From the NCBI GenBank assembly GCA_002269645.1, contig NIVC01002720.1, forward strand, positions 62,001 to 126,000: DNA of 64,000 nucleotides, read 5' to 3'. The notes beneath the pieces were generated by a model. It searched no databases and had not been told where the DNA came from. It saw only the letters and a program-made list of their open reading frames with translations. This DNA is from Macrostomum lignano (lineage: Eukaryota). Within the stretch, counting starts at the first letter, position 1, and each line of letters opens with the position of its first letter. A program made the translations under genes and the position numbers. Positions 37,017 through 48,590 of the stretch are shown piece by piece.

Positions 37017-40000
37017 ATGTCTCTCCGTCGACTTGTCCAATTCGCCACTGTTGGCACTGCATCAGCATGGCGATGGCGTCGGCCCTACCTTCTGGTTGGC
37101 ATGGCAACCGTGGCCACATCGGGCGCGGCGCTGGCTCTGTCTATTAAAAGAGAAAACTGGCCGGCATTGCCACTTCCAGCTGTTGTCAAATCGGCATCCG
37201 TGTGCAGCGCGGCCAGCATTGGGCGGCCGCAGCACTGGATGACCGACCCAGTGTCCGAGACAGGCTGGCTATGCGATCCGTCCAATAGTGCCGAGCCCCG
37301 AGTCGGCATGGAGCGACTCTGTATGGATTTGCAGGTTTGACTGGCTTGTGTCTATGCTGCTCCTAGATAGTGCGTGTTTTCATTGCCTAGGTCATTGATT
37401 GTTTCCTTAGGAATGCCTGTTTCCTAGATTTGCGTCTAATCTTATCGCCCTCTAGAGTCGTGTCTAATCGCCATCTAGATTCGTATCTAATCACCATCTA
37501 GAGTCGTGTCTAATCGCCATCTAGATTCGTATCTAATCACCATCTAGAGTCGTGTCTATTCCCATCTAGATTCGTATCTAATCACCATTTAGAGTCGTGT
37601 CTAATCAACATTTAGAGTCGTGTCTAATCACCATCTAGAGTCGTCGTCGTGTCTAATCAACATCTAGAGTCGTGTCTAATCACCATCTAGAGTCGTGTCT
37701 AATCACCATCTAGAGTCGTGTCTAATCGCCATCTAGATTCGTATCTAATCACCATCTAGAGTCGTGTCTAATCGCCATCTAGATTCGTATCTAATCACCA
37801 TCTAGAGTCGTGTCTATTCCCATCTAGATTCGTATCTAATCACCATTTAGAGTCATGTCTAATCAACATCTAGAGTCGTGTCTAATCACCATCTAGAGTC
37901 GTCGTCGTGTCTAATCAACATCTAGAGTCGTGTCTAATCACCATCTAGAGTCGTGTCTAATCACCATCTAGAGTCGTGTCTAATCGCCATCTAGATTCGT
38001 ATCTAATCACCATCTAGAGTCGTGTCTAATCGCCATCTAGATTCGTATCTAATCACCATCTAGAGTCGTATAATTTCTCCAAGTGACATGTCTCCATAGA
38101 CTGAGTACAACATTGTGATGTGGCCGCAGCCTTCTGCTGCAAGCATAGGGCCGCAGTCACATCTTAGGCACTGTGTCCGCTGCTAGTATCTGGAATAGGA
38201 ATTTTTCTGCTGCCTCCATGCACTCTAAGCAGCCTTCCTTGGCGCTCAGAAGTTGCACAATATGGCGCAATCTTTGACATAGGAAATTAGGAAGTTTGCC
38301 TAGCCTAGGGTTAGTTAGTGGAAGCCGCCAAATTTGGCGCTTGCCTGTACTGTTGTTGCCTGGCCTGCCGCGTACAATCGCTCAGTGTACGCAAGTCTAG
38401 TTAGCCGCACTCCTCCCCCGTGCGCTCTCTGGACCCTTCCCCTTCTGCTCTCTCGTTCCTCCTGCGTCCGAGCCTCTCCCCATGCGTCATTCTATTTTTA
38501 GACTGAGGGTTTCGCGGACCCCGTGTCCCGAGCTGAACCCTCCCTCACGTGCTGCCTTGTGCGCACAAGCCCAAATTTGGCATGCTATTGTCACTAGTGG
38601 CTGGAGGCGACTGTCGGCGCTTCGTACAAGCTACTTTCTCCCCCATGTTTAATCAATATCTGTTGTGCATCATTATCCGCACTTTTCGGGCTGCAGTTCC
38701 ATGGTCAACCCACGGAATGCCCAAACGCTCCACCCTCCGCGTTCTATATTAACGAATGCAGGCCCGCTTGTCTGATTTTTCATCAGAACCGCCTCGTGAG
38801 GACTTGTCGAGAGCTTTCTCCAAGTCTAGCGCTCTAGCGCCGGTTAACAGCGAAGCAAAGCTCCTGAGCAGGTCTTGGTAGAGCTATAAGCATCGCTAAG
38901 CAGCTGCAAGCTCCTGAGCAGGTCTTGGTAGAGCATTGCAGCGCTCAAGCAGAAAGCACGCTCCTGAGCAGGTCTTGGTAGAGCATTGCTAGTGCTATAG
39001 CTCTGGTTTTCCAGCCTACCCTATTGGCAGGAAATCAGTTAGCTGAAGCCATTCTGCTAGTGTCAATCCGCGACACAGGCGCGAATAAGAGTGAGAGTGA
39101 GTGTGCAGTCGCAGCACTCGTGCGCGATTCTAAGACTAGCTGTTAGTTTATAGGCCTAGAGTCTATTGCTGCTTCAGGCGCATAGACCTATTCCTCGCCG
39201 CCCATCTGCGCGAGACGTAGCTATTAGGTTGGTAGGAGTTAGGGGTCCTCTGAGAGCTAAACTCAGACACGCTCAAGCGCGGACATTTGTCAGTGCCAGG
39301 ACTGCGCCGCTCAGGCCATTTGCTACCATTGAGTCCTGTCACTTGGACATTGAAATATCTGAGACTAGTTGTTCTAGCGTTATTTATTTGCGTGGAGCCC
39401 AAACAGACCCCTTCATTGCGGATCCTACGGTTCCCACGCTGGTGGCAGCACTACCCTTAATTTTAGATTTCTCCCCAGTCTCAGCCCCCATAAGTATAAC
39501 CGCTAAGACCGCCCCGGCCAATAGCAGTCCACCTAGTTCTATCCCGGGCAGTAAAGCGAGTTATATCAATTGTATGACTATAACATAATTAAATCTACAT
39601 ATTCAAGGGCCGCCTATGCCGCGCCATGGAAGAACTGGACGGCGAAGCCCGTTTCATAGTTGACAAATGGGCTCGGCCCTCCGGCGGCGGCGGCATCTCC
39701 TGCGTGCTAACCGACGGTGTCGTGTTTGAACGGGCCGGCGTCAACATCAGCGTGGTGCACGGCAGCCTCAGCCAGCAGGCTGTGCGCCAGATGAACTCGC
39801 GGCCGGATCGGCACAAGCTGCCCGAGGGCAAGGAGCTGCCATTCTGCGCTATCGGCATTAGCTCGGTTATCCATCCGCGCAATCCGTTTGTCCCAACTAT
39901 GCACTTTAATTTCCGCTACTTCGAAGTTGACGATGGCAAAGGCGGCGTCTCTTGGTGGTACGGCGGCGGCGCCGATCTGACGCCGACGTTTCTCGATAAA

Positions 40001-41289
40001 GATGACGCGACGCATTTCCACAGGACGCTGAAGGCCGCCTGCGATAAGCATGACAAGTGAGCGACGTTGCGCTATGTTTATTGACCTTGGGTAGGCAGGG
40101 GTAACGCCTCTGTAGCGCAAGCAGTCAATCGGGGCTTGAATCGACACAGTCGGTTAATAGCCGATCTAGAGTTTTATTAGGCATAAGCACCTTTTTAGAT
40201 CTTCAGACCTTTAATGGACCTTACATTTCAATAGGCATCTAGACCTTCAATACACTCAGACCCTCAAAAGACACACCCAGACCCTCAATATATATACAGT
40301 CAGCCCCTCAATAGGCACCCAGACCTTAAATACACTTAGATCCTCAATAGACACACTCAGACCTTTAATAGACACACTCAGACCTTCAATAGGCACTCAG
40401 ACCCTCAATAGACACACCCAGACCTTCAATAGACACACTCAGACCTTCAATAGGCACTCAGACCCTCAATAGACACACCCAGACCTTCAATAGACACACT
40501 CAGACCTTCAATAGGCACTCAGACCCTCAATAGACACACTCAGACCTTTAATAGACACTCAGACCCTCAATAGACACACTCAGACCCTCAATAGACACAC
40601 TCAGACCTTCAATAGACACACTCAGACCTTTAATAGACACACTCAGACCTTCAATAGGCACACTCAGACCCTCAATAGACACACTCAGACCTTCAATAGG
40701 CACACTCAGCCCCTTTACAGGCACTCAGACCCTCAATGGGCACACTCAGCCTCTCAATAGACACACCCAGACCCTTAATAGACATCACAGACCTTTACAA
40801 GATATCCAGGCCTTTATTAGCTAGCTACGTATACCACTACAATCTACTGCCAGATCGCTGTACCCCAAGTACAAAGCCTGGTGCGACAATTACTTCGTCA
40901 TCGAGCATCGCGGTGAGCGACGCGGAGTTGGCGGCATCTTTTTCGACGACGTTGACTCGCCCAACCAGCCAGCCGCGTTCGCTTTCGTATCCTCGTGCGC
41001 CGACGCCATCGAAGCCGCCTACCTGCCCATAGTGCGCCGGAATATGCGACGCGGCTATTCCTACGCTGACCGGCAGTGGCAGCTGCTCCGACGGGGTCGC
41101 TACGTAGAGTTTAATCTGGTGTACGATCGGGGCACCAAGTTCGGTCTGTTCACTAAGGACGCCAGGATTGAGAGCATCTTGATGAGCTTGCCGCCGCTGG
41201 CTCGCTGGGAGTACTGCCACGATCCCGACTCTGATCCGGTCAAGGCTCAGCTGATGCGGGTGCTCAGGGAGCCAGTTGACTGGGCCTAA
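37017..41289 (+). CDS. CPOX: Oxygen-dependent coproporphyrinogen III oxidase with N-terminal mitochondrial-type leader
   Basis: Exons 37017-37334, 39608-40056, 40854-41289 with consistent phases. Motifs [90 protein letters not shown]. Confidence 0.96.
37440..38070. repeat. ~23-bp minisatellite (TCTAGAGTCGTGTCTAATCACCA) in CPOX intron 1
   Basis: Visible periodicity, XbaI sites. Confidence 0.93.
40195..40800. repeat. ~22-24-bp minisatellite (CACTCAGACCTTCAATAGACA) in CPOX intron 2
   Basis: Visible periodicity. Confidence 0.92.
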
Positions 41290-41339
41290 GTGCGCTAGTG
41301 ATCTAGCTATTGGCACTAGGAGCTCTAGATAAGATTTCC

Positions 41340-41900
41340 TCAAGCTGCTGGGCAACTCGCCAGCCTCCCAGATCCTCAGCTGCTGGGCCACCCGCCAGCC
41401 TCCCAGATCCACAGCTGCTGGGCCACCCGCCAGCCTCCCAGATCCACAGCTGCTGGGCAACCCGCCAGCCTCCCAGATCCTCAGTTGCTGGGATACCCAC
41501 CAGTCTCCCAGATCCTCAGCTGCTGGGCAACCCGCCAGCCTCCCAGATCCTCAGCTGCTGGGCAACCCGCCAGCCTCTCAGATCCTCAGTTGCTGGGATA
41601 CCCACCAGTCTCCCAGATCCTCAGCTGCTGGGCAACCCGCCAGCCTCCCAGATCCTCAGCTGCTGGGCAACCCGCCAGCCTCTCAGATCCTCAGTTGCTG
41701 GGATACCCACCAGTCTCCCAGATCCTCAGCTGCTGGGATACCCACCAGTCTCCCATATCCTCAGCTGCTGGGCAACCCGCCAGCCTCCCAGATCCTCAGC
41801 TGCTGGGCAACCCGCCAGCCTCCCAGATCCTCAGCTGCTGGGCAACCCGCCAGCCTCCCAGATCCTCAGCTGCTGGGATACCCGCAGCCTCCCAGATTAC
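41340..41900. repeat. 35-bp minisatellite (GCTGCTGGGCAACCCGCCAGCCTCCCAGATCCTCA) just after the CPOX stop
   Basis: 35-bp period. Confidence 0.93.
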
Positions 41901-42465
41901 TCGTTAATCTGCTTAGCATGAGTCAGTCCTGAAAAATATGTTATAAAGTGTAACCACTCGATTTGTGAGTTTTGCTTATCATCGTCTTATCTATTACTTT
42001 TTCATTACATATGCACTCTGGCGCTGGTTTTCCCTAGTTTGAATTGGTGCTCTTTTGCTTATACTATGCGCATATCTGCATCCTGTGTAGTTTCCAGTTT
42101 AGCGACCAAGAGATTCATTGATAATTTGACAGCAATCACTTAATTAATGCGCTTAGTTATATGCGCTTTAATGTGCATTTTTATTGCCCTAAATATACGT
42201 TATTTCCTAATTAATCTTTCTAATGCTTCAGCTTTACTCATAGAAAGTGTTTTTTTATCGGAAAGCTTGTTTCGCAAATATCTGGATTGTATTTTACCCC
42301 TAATTCTGCATTAAAGATGAACGGGATCTGGATGCTTAGTAAAGCATATTGGGTCGCATTTTCCTGGTTTATATTTTTTTTACCAGACAATTACTCACAA
42401 GTCAGGCATAGCAGGCTTTAGTTTGATCAATACAAGCATTAGACAGGCAACTTTAGTTTGGATGG

Positions 42466-42720
42466 GTTGTAGCATACTGGTTAGAACGTTCGGATTAACG
42501 ACTGAGACGTTGGGGGTTCGATTTCGACCCAACTCGGAACAATTTGTGTCCTTGAGCAAGACACTTAACTCTGCATTGCTTCAGTTCACCCAGCTGTAAA
42601 ATGGGTGCCAGCATTAGCTGGGGTAGTTGAGGGTGTGTGTGGTGACACCCCCCCCCCAGTCTTTGGACTGAACAGCCGTACACAGCCTTCAGCTGCGGCT
42701 GTGCTGTCGGTTGCACATCA
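42466..42720 (+). mobile_element. tRNA-derived CORE-type SINE
   Basis: A box-like TAGCATACTGGTTAGA and B box GGTTCGATTTC. Then GTCCTTGAGCAAGACACTTAAC...CAGCTGTAAAATGGG, resembling the MIR/CORE domain (GACCTTGGGCAAGTTACTTAAC...CATCTGTAAAATGGG). Confidence 0.75.
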
Positions 42721-43012
42721 GCTAATTAGAGCAGGTGTGATCAATGGTTATAATTATAATTATTTTGTTTGACCAATAATTTCATTAGACAGGTAGCTTT
42801 TGTCTGACCAATACAAGCATTAGGCAGGTAGCTGTAATTTACCAATCGAGACATTAGGCAGGCAGTTTTCTGTTCCATACAGACATTAGACAGGTAGCTG
42901 TAATTTACCAATAGAGACAGTAGGCAGACAGCCTTGTGTGGTCCGCAGAGGCATTGTACAGACTCACCTGAGCTCGTTAATTCACAAATAATTTAATATA
43001 TTCCATGCCTGC

Positions 43013-45274
43013 ATGTTGCGCATTGCAGCGAAAGCAGCCGCTAAACTGCTGCCAATCAGTGCACACAGGCTCGGCAACTCAGTAACTAATCACTACCGTC
43101 GACTTCTTATTGCGTCGTCCGCCACAATAGCAGCAGCAGCAACAGCAGTCGTCATGTCCGATAGAGGCCGAGCCAAGCTGCACGGTGCTTTTGGCACCAG
43201 TTACGATCCCAAGCATAGAGGTTAGTTTGAAGATTTTGGCGGTATTGAATCTTGCGGTCTGTCAGTTTGTCAGGTTCAGTGGGTGGGGCTTTCGGGCGCA
43301 GCCGCAGGTCTACGAGTATGCGACTGTTGGCCCACAGCCAATGAGGAGGCAAGCAGTCATGTCCATTTCGCACAGGCCGTTGAGCACGCGCACGGATACT
43401 TACGCAGGCACAAAGTATAGAAAAGCCAACCCCAAGGCCGATTTTCAAACAGAGCATAGCCACAAATGGATGTGGCCGTGGCCGTGCTCGGAATCGAACC
43501 TAGTACTTTGACGCGAGATAGTCGGTCGCGCTTACCGCTGAGCTACTCTGTCCCCGTTGCAATCTGTTAGATATTGATACTTAGCTCGAATATGGCAAAT
43601 AAGACAACTCATCGCTAAATCACCCCCCCCCTAAAGATGAGTTCCTGTCCATGCCGCTGGAGGAGCGCCGGAAGCAGTACAGCTGCGGCGAGAACTACAC
43701 CCCCATGGTCGACATTCCAACCTGGGCGCAGCAGGCCGGCGCAGCCAAACAACCCAACGACGGCGACCCGCTAGCCAGACGCGTCTCGCTGCACGTTGGC
43801 GACATCACCAAGCTGGAGATCGACGCCATTGTTAATGCCGCTAATAGCAGCCTCTTGGGCGGCGGCGGCGTTGACGGCGCCATTCACCGAGCTGCTGGGC
43901 CGCTATTGAAGGCCGAGTGTGCTCAGCTGAAGGGCTGCGAAACCGGCGATGCCAAGGCCACCTGCGGTTATAAACTGCCTGCTAGGTACAGTGCAGCTTG
44001 GATTGCTCAAGGCTACCGCCCGCCTCCCAGTTCCTCAGTTGCTGGGCCAGCCTCCCCGATCCTCAGTTGCTGGGCCAGCCTCCCCGATCCTCAGTTGCTA
44101 GGCCAGCCTCCCCGATCCTCAGTTGCTGGGCCAGCCTCCCAAATCCTCAGTTGCTGGGCCACCGCCACCCTCCCCGATCCTCAGTTGCTGGGCCAGCCTC
44201 CCCGATCCTCAGTTGCTAGGCCAGCCTCCCCGATCCTCAGTTGCTGGGCCAGCCTCCCAAATCCTCAGTTGCTGGGCCAGCCTCCCAGTTCCTCAGTTGC
44301 TGGGCCAGCCTCCCCGATCATCAGTTGCTGGGCCAGCCTCCCAAATCCTCAGTTGCTAGGCCAGCCTCCCCGATCCTCAGTTGCTGGGCCAGCCTCCCAA
44401 ATCCTCAGTTGCTGGGCCACCGCCACCCTCCCCGATCCTCAGTTGCTGGACCAGCTTCCCCAATCCTCAGTTACTAGACCAGCCTCCCCGATCCTCAGTT
44501 GCTAGGCCACCGCCACCCTCCCAGATCCTCAGTTGCTGGGCCACCGCCAGCCTCCCAATCTCCATCATAAATATCGGGCAATTTCAGCATCCCAAAACAT
44601 GCCCGCCCAGGTACGTGCTGCACACGGTCGGGCCGATGGGCTCCGGTGACAAAGCCCTGAGAAGTTGCTACAGCCGCTGTCTGGAATTAGCGCGTCAGCA
44701 CGGCCTCACCAGCGTCGCTTTCCCCTGCATAAGCACCGGAGTCTATGGCTTCCCGGCTGAACGAGCGGCCAAAATTGCCTTGGAGACTGTGCGCGATTTT
44801 CTAGCCAACGACAAGTACGGCGAGAAAATTGAGCGCATCATATTCTGCGTGTTTCTCGATGCGGACTACCGCCTGTACACCCAGCTGCTGCCAGTGTACT
44901 TCCCCACTAAGCGACTGCCCACCAAGAAGCAGAAGGAAGAGCAGGAGGCGGCCGATGAGACATCCGCCCCTGCCGCTGAGACATCCGCCCCTGCCGGTGA
45001 GACATCCGCCCCTGCCGGTGAGACATCCGCCCCTGCCGGTGAGACATCCGCCCCTGCCGGTGAGACACCCGCTCCTGCTGGCGAGACATCCGCCCCTGCC
45101 GGTGAGACATCCGCTCCTGCCGGTGAGACCTCCGCTCATGCCGGTGAGACACCCGCCACTGCCGGTGAGACATCCGCTCCTGCTGGTGAGACATCCGCCC
45201 CTGCTGGTGAGACATCCGCCCCTGCCGGTGAGACACCCGCCACTGCCGGTGATACCACCCAGCCAGCCACTTAA
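43013..45274 (+). CDS. MACROD: MacroD-type macrodomain ADP-ribosylhydrolase with mitochondrial-type leader and repetitive C-tail
   Basis: Exons 43013-43220, 43637-43985, 44611-45274. [60 protein letters not shown]. Confidence 0.93.
43300..43560 (-). mobile_element. tRNA-derived SINE in MacroD intron 1
   Basis: Minus strand GGGGACAGAGTAGCTCAGCGGTAAG (A box)...GGTTCGATTCCGAGCAC (B box), followed by a non-tRNA body. Related head fragments near 17500 and 29860-29900. Confidence 0.7.
44010..44560. repeat. 28-bp minisatellite (GTTGCTGGGCCAGCCTCCCCGATCCTCA) filling MacroD intron 2
   Basis: 28-bp period; related to 41340-41900. Confidence 0.93.
44957..45250 (+). repeat. Coding 21-bp minisatellite, 14 x ETSAPAG
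   Basis: In-frame tandem repeat at the end of the MacroD CDS. Confidence 0.95.
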
Positions 45275-45549
45275 ATGAATTTAATTTCAAAAGATTCGTT
45301 GTGCGACTATTAACACAGCCATTTTTAACATGTCTTAAGTCCCATATATTCAAGCTGTTTTCCTTTCTCTTATTCAGAAAAATTTTCAAGATCGTGTTTT
45401 GGCTTTTTTCGTTTTCTTTTTCTAACTCGATCTTAATATACGAAATCTACGAATATACGACTTTTGCATAGGGATCGCTGCAGGTGGATTGGCCACTATT
45501 TTATGGTAAAGTGATTACAATGCATACAAAACGGAAACACCAAACCAAA

Positions 45550-45960
45550 AAAACTTGCTACAAAACTTTTTGTTGCGCTCATTCTAAAAAAATATTGAAG
45601 TCGCCAGCCTTCTGGACCATCGATATTTTGAAAGATTCTGTCAGAAGGTTGGATTTTCTTCTATGAATGCTAGTGTAGTCCCCTGTTTAGTCCGGCCTTG
45701 CTAAGTCTTCAACTTTCATTAGTGCGTTCATCTCTGACTTCGTTGGCCCACTGGCCTTCAGCCAGGTGGAGCTTCTGGACCTTCAACAGGGTAGCACCAG
45801 GTGACTATGGACACCCTGTTTGCAACTATGTCAGATTTCGCTGACTAATTAAGCCTTGACCTCAACTCTAGTTATCCTCCTGAACTAGTCTCTCAAGCAT
45901 TCCGTCTGTGGGCCTTACCACGAGGTATTTCTAGCTCGTACTGTTAATCGGATGCTTACT
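45550..45960. mobile_element. Uninterrupted copy of the repeat that hosts the Gypsy insertion
   Basis: Colinear with 58700-58936 plus 63582-63720 (CTCTGACTTCGTTGG..CTGGCCTT|CA..GGAGCTTCT.GACCTTCAACAGG). Confidence 0.75.
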
Positions 45961-46245
45961 GTTGGATCCTCAAGCACTAATTCTCTTGTACAATATAATA
46001 AAATGATGAATAACATCGACACGGCTCTTTGAGAACAGAAATATTTGGCTGCTTCTGCTCATTAGAAACCGAGCAGCCGCGACAAGTCCCGATGTATTTC
46101 TCTTTGTTGGCAAATAAATGAACGCCGGCAACTCTAAAACAGGACGCTCTCTAATACAGAAGCGCGATTGATTATTGGCCAGAAAATGAAAATGATTGTC
46201 CACACAATTGTTATTAAACTATATAGCTTTAATATCGGGGACGGG

Positions 46246-47474
46246 TCAGCCGTTCACCTTGCTCAGAACCAGCTCGGGCGCCATGCGGCCGGCCTTGTCC
46301 GCCACTAGCGACCACTGCGACACGAGCGCGTACTTGGACATCGGTGCCTCTCCGTACTTGAAGCCCATGAAAGTGTGCAGTATGCCGCCGACGTCGCCTT
46401 CGTCGTCGTCTTCGTCGTCATCCTGGCCGAGTCGGAGCATGGGCGACTTGGCGCCTGGACTGCGCGGAATCGGGCCAGCCGCTTCGTCGTCCACTATCAG
46501 GGCCCGATGAATGACGGCAAAGTTGACGCGCGGCCTGCGGTACTTCTTGATCGGCTTCAGCACTGGCTGGCCGTTTGCCTCGTCGTTGGCGATCTTCAAC
46601 AGAAAGTGGCAGTGGATCAGCTCGGACGAGGTCACGCTGGAGATGCGGTAGTCTCCGACCGCCACCTTGGGCAGTTCGCAGTACACAAAGTATTTTTTGC
46701 GCTTCTTATCGCCGTGCCTTTGCCGACTGCTGTCCCGACGACGGCGCTTAGTGTCCTCAGCCCCGGAGTCTGGCGACGCATCCGCTTGCTGCCGCTGCAG
46801 CTCCTCTTGGTGGCGTCGCTCCTCTTCCTGCTTCTGCCGCAGCAGCTCTTCCTCTCTCTCTGCTTCTTTCGCTGCAGCGGCGCTGCCTTTGCGGAAATCT
46901 TCCTCCAGATTCTCCTGTTGCGCCTCGCCGCCTGCCTCATCTTGACCGTAGCGAATTAAGGGACTCTTCACGTCCGGGCTCTTCGGTATGGGACCTCTGG
47001 CATCCTCGTCCTCGATAAATGGTCGGTGAATGACGGCCACGTTGACCACTGGCACTTTGTAGGCCTTTATCGGTAGTAGAGTCAGTGGAACGTCTTCATT
47101 CTCGGAGATCTTCATCAGAAAGTGGAACCGAAGTATGCTGCCAACTACGCAGCTTGACTTGTGATAATCACCGATCTAAAAAATAGTTCAGTTATAAGCA
47201 GAAAATAATTACATTTTACGAGGTACTGTTATTAATATTTAGCCAATCGTAATACACGTCATTGTTCTGTCATTCTTCTGCTCATTAAACCTACCTTGAC
47301 CTTCGGCAACTCCATGTAGACCAGGTAGCGCTTGGTAATGTGCCCCTGATTGGCATAGTTGTTGGCATTCTTCGTTCCATTCAGCTCACAACTTTCGATG
47401 CTGCTTTCGTGTGAGAAGTCCCGCGATAGCAGCTTGTGTCTGTCTACTACCGCCATTGTTTTTTGTTGTGCCAT
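46246..47474 (-). CDS. Uncharacterised protein with two copies of a ~95-aa domain separated by an E/Q/R-rich coiled coil
   Basis: Exons 47474-47295 and 47175-46246 (phase 0, GT-AG), GC-rich codon usage. The 3' end may instead splice at a donor at 46257. Confidence 0.75.
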
Positions 47475-48590
47475 TCGGTCGCGATTTTAACTGCGTGTTG
47501 GTTCTCTCTACTAAAGTAAGCAGGTGGCTTAAGCAAAATTTATGTCCTGTCTAGACCTGGAGAGCCGCCTAACGTCTAAAACCCTCTCTTTTGAAGTTCG
47601 GTGTATGACCGAAGTTCTTTTTTTATGCCATAGACTATAACATTAAACCTACATGATAACTAAGACCTACGAGTATTCAACAACAAAACAAGCATGAAGT
47701 ACTTTCTCAATCATAAAATGCTAATGTAGAACTAATTGGATGAATTCTGTAGATTTTATACTTAGTGGAAGCAATGTTACGAGTATACTGCAGTTAAAAC
47801 ATTAACAGAGCCTCTGACAAGATTATAATAATAACTTGTCGTTAAGTTCGGGGATTAAAACTACACCTTAAGGCAAATACACAATAGAGACAAAGAAGAA
47901 TTAGTTGGGCTCGAAAATAATGCTATTGAAGTAGTATATACAAACACAACACTACAACGTACTGTACATGTAAGACTGACGAAGTAGGCATAAACGTAAA
48001 AGAATCCAAGTAAACAAAAGCTACTGTTATAAGCACACGTTGAAGCTAAATTGCCATGGGTGTGTTTTTCTATACGAACTCAGCATAACCCTCTTGTGGT
48101 TTTAAGGTAGATCGTAGGCTTTTGTTTTAGCTCTCGAGCACATTAATTGTAGCTTGTTTTTTTTGGATCGGATGAAATATTTGACAGAAGGCTGGAAGTT
48201 GATGGAATTCAAACATGGCATGTATTTTAATGGCTTGAAAGGTGTCAAGAAATGCACGTTGAACCAATGCGAGTGTATTTAGAATTTTATATTACAATAA
48301 TTACTGTTACAAAAAAGAAGTAATGCCAACAGGTGTTAAAAAGCACGAAAAATTAGGAATACGATCGAATAGCTATTTTGTATTGATTTGATACACTTTA
48401 AGTGCAAGATACAATCGAACTGAAACATAAAATATACGAACTTCTACTTGTACAGATGTAAATGAGTAAAACTGACAATACATGCTTGCATTTAAGCCGA
48501 GGCTAGTGAAAGTGAAACGGATGTGACATGCAGTTCAAAACAGCAAGTCTGCAAAACACGAGTACAGTACATTAGTGCCATACGGTGAGT

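Noticed and set aside
38855-38985. Three 24-nt repeats with 26-nt spacers (CRISPR-like)
   Set aside because: The spacers resemble each other, the context is a eukaryotic intron and there are no cas genes. It is a degenerate 50-bp tandem repeat.
43480-43560. Possible tRNA gene
   Set aside because: A and B boxes are present, but there is no proper cloverleaf or acceptor stem and it continues into a SINE body.
43984-44614. Recent intron gain suggested by AGGTAC at both ends of MacroD intron 2
   Set aside because: AG|GT is the ordinary proto-splice context, and the position may be ancestral. It cannot be supported without orthologue alignment.
37017-45274. CPOX-MacroD operon (trans-spliced polycistron)
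   Set aside because: Same strand and both mitochondrial-type, but about 1.7 kb apart with repeats between, and no spliced-leader evidence is visible in genomic DNA.
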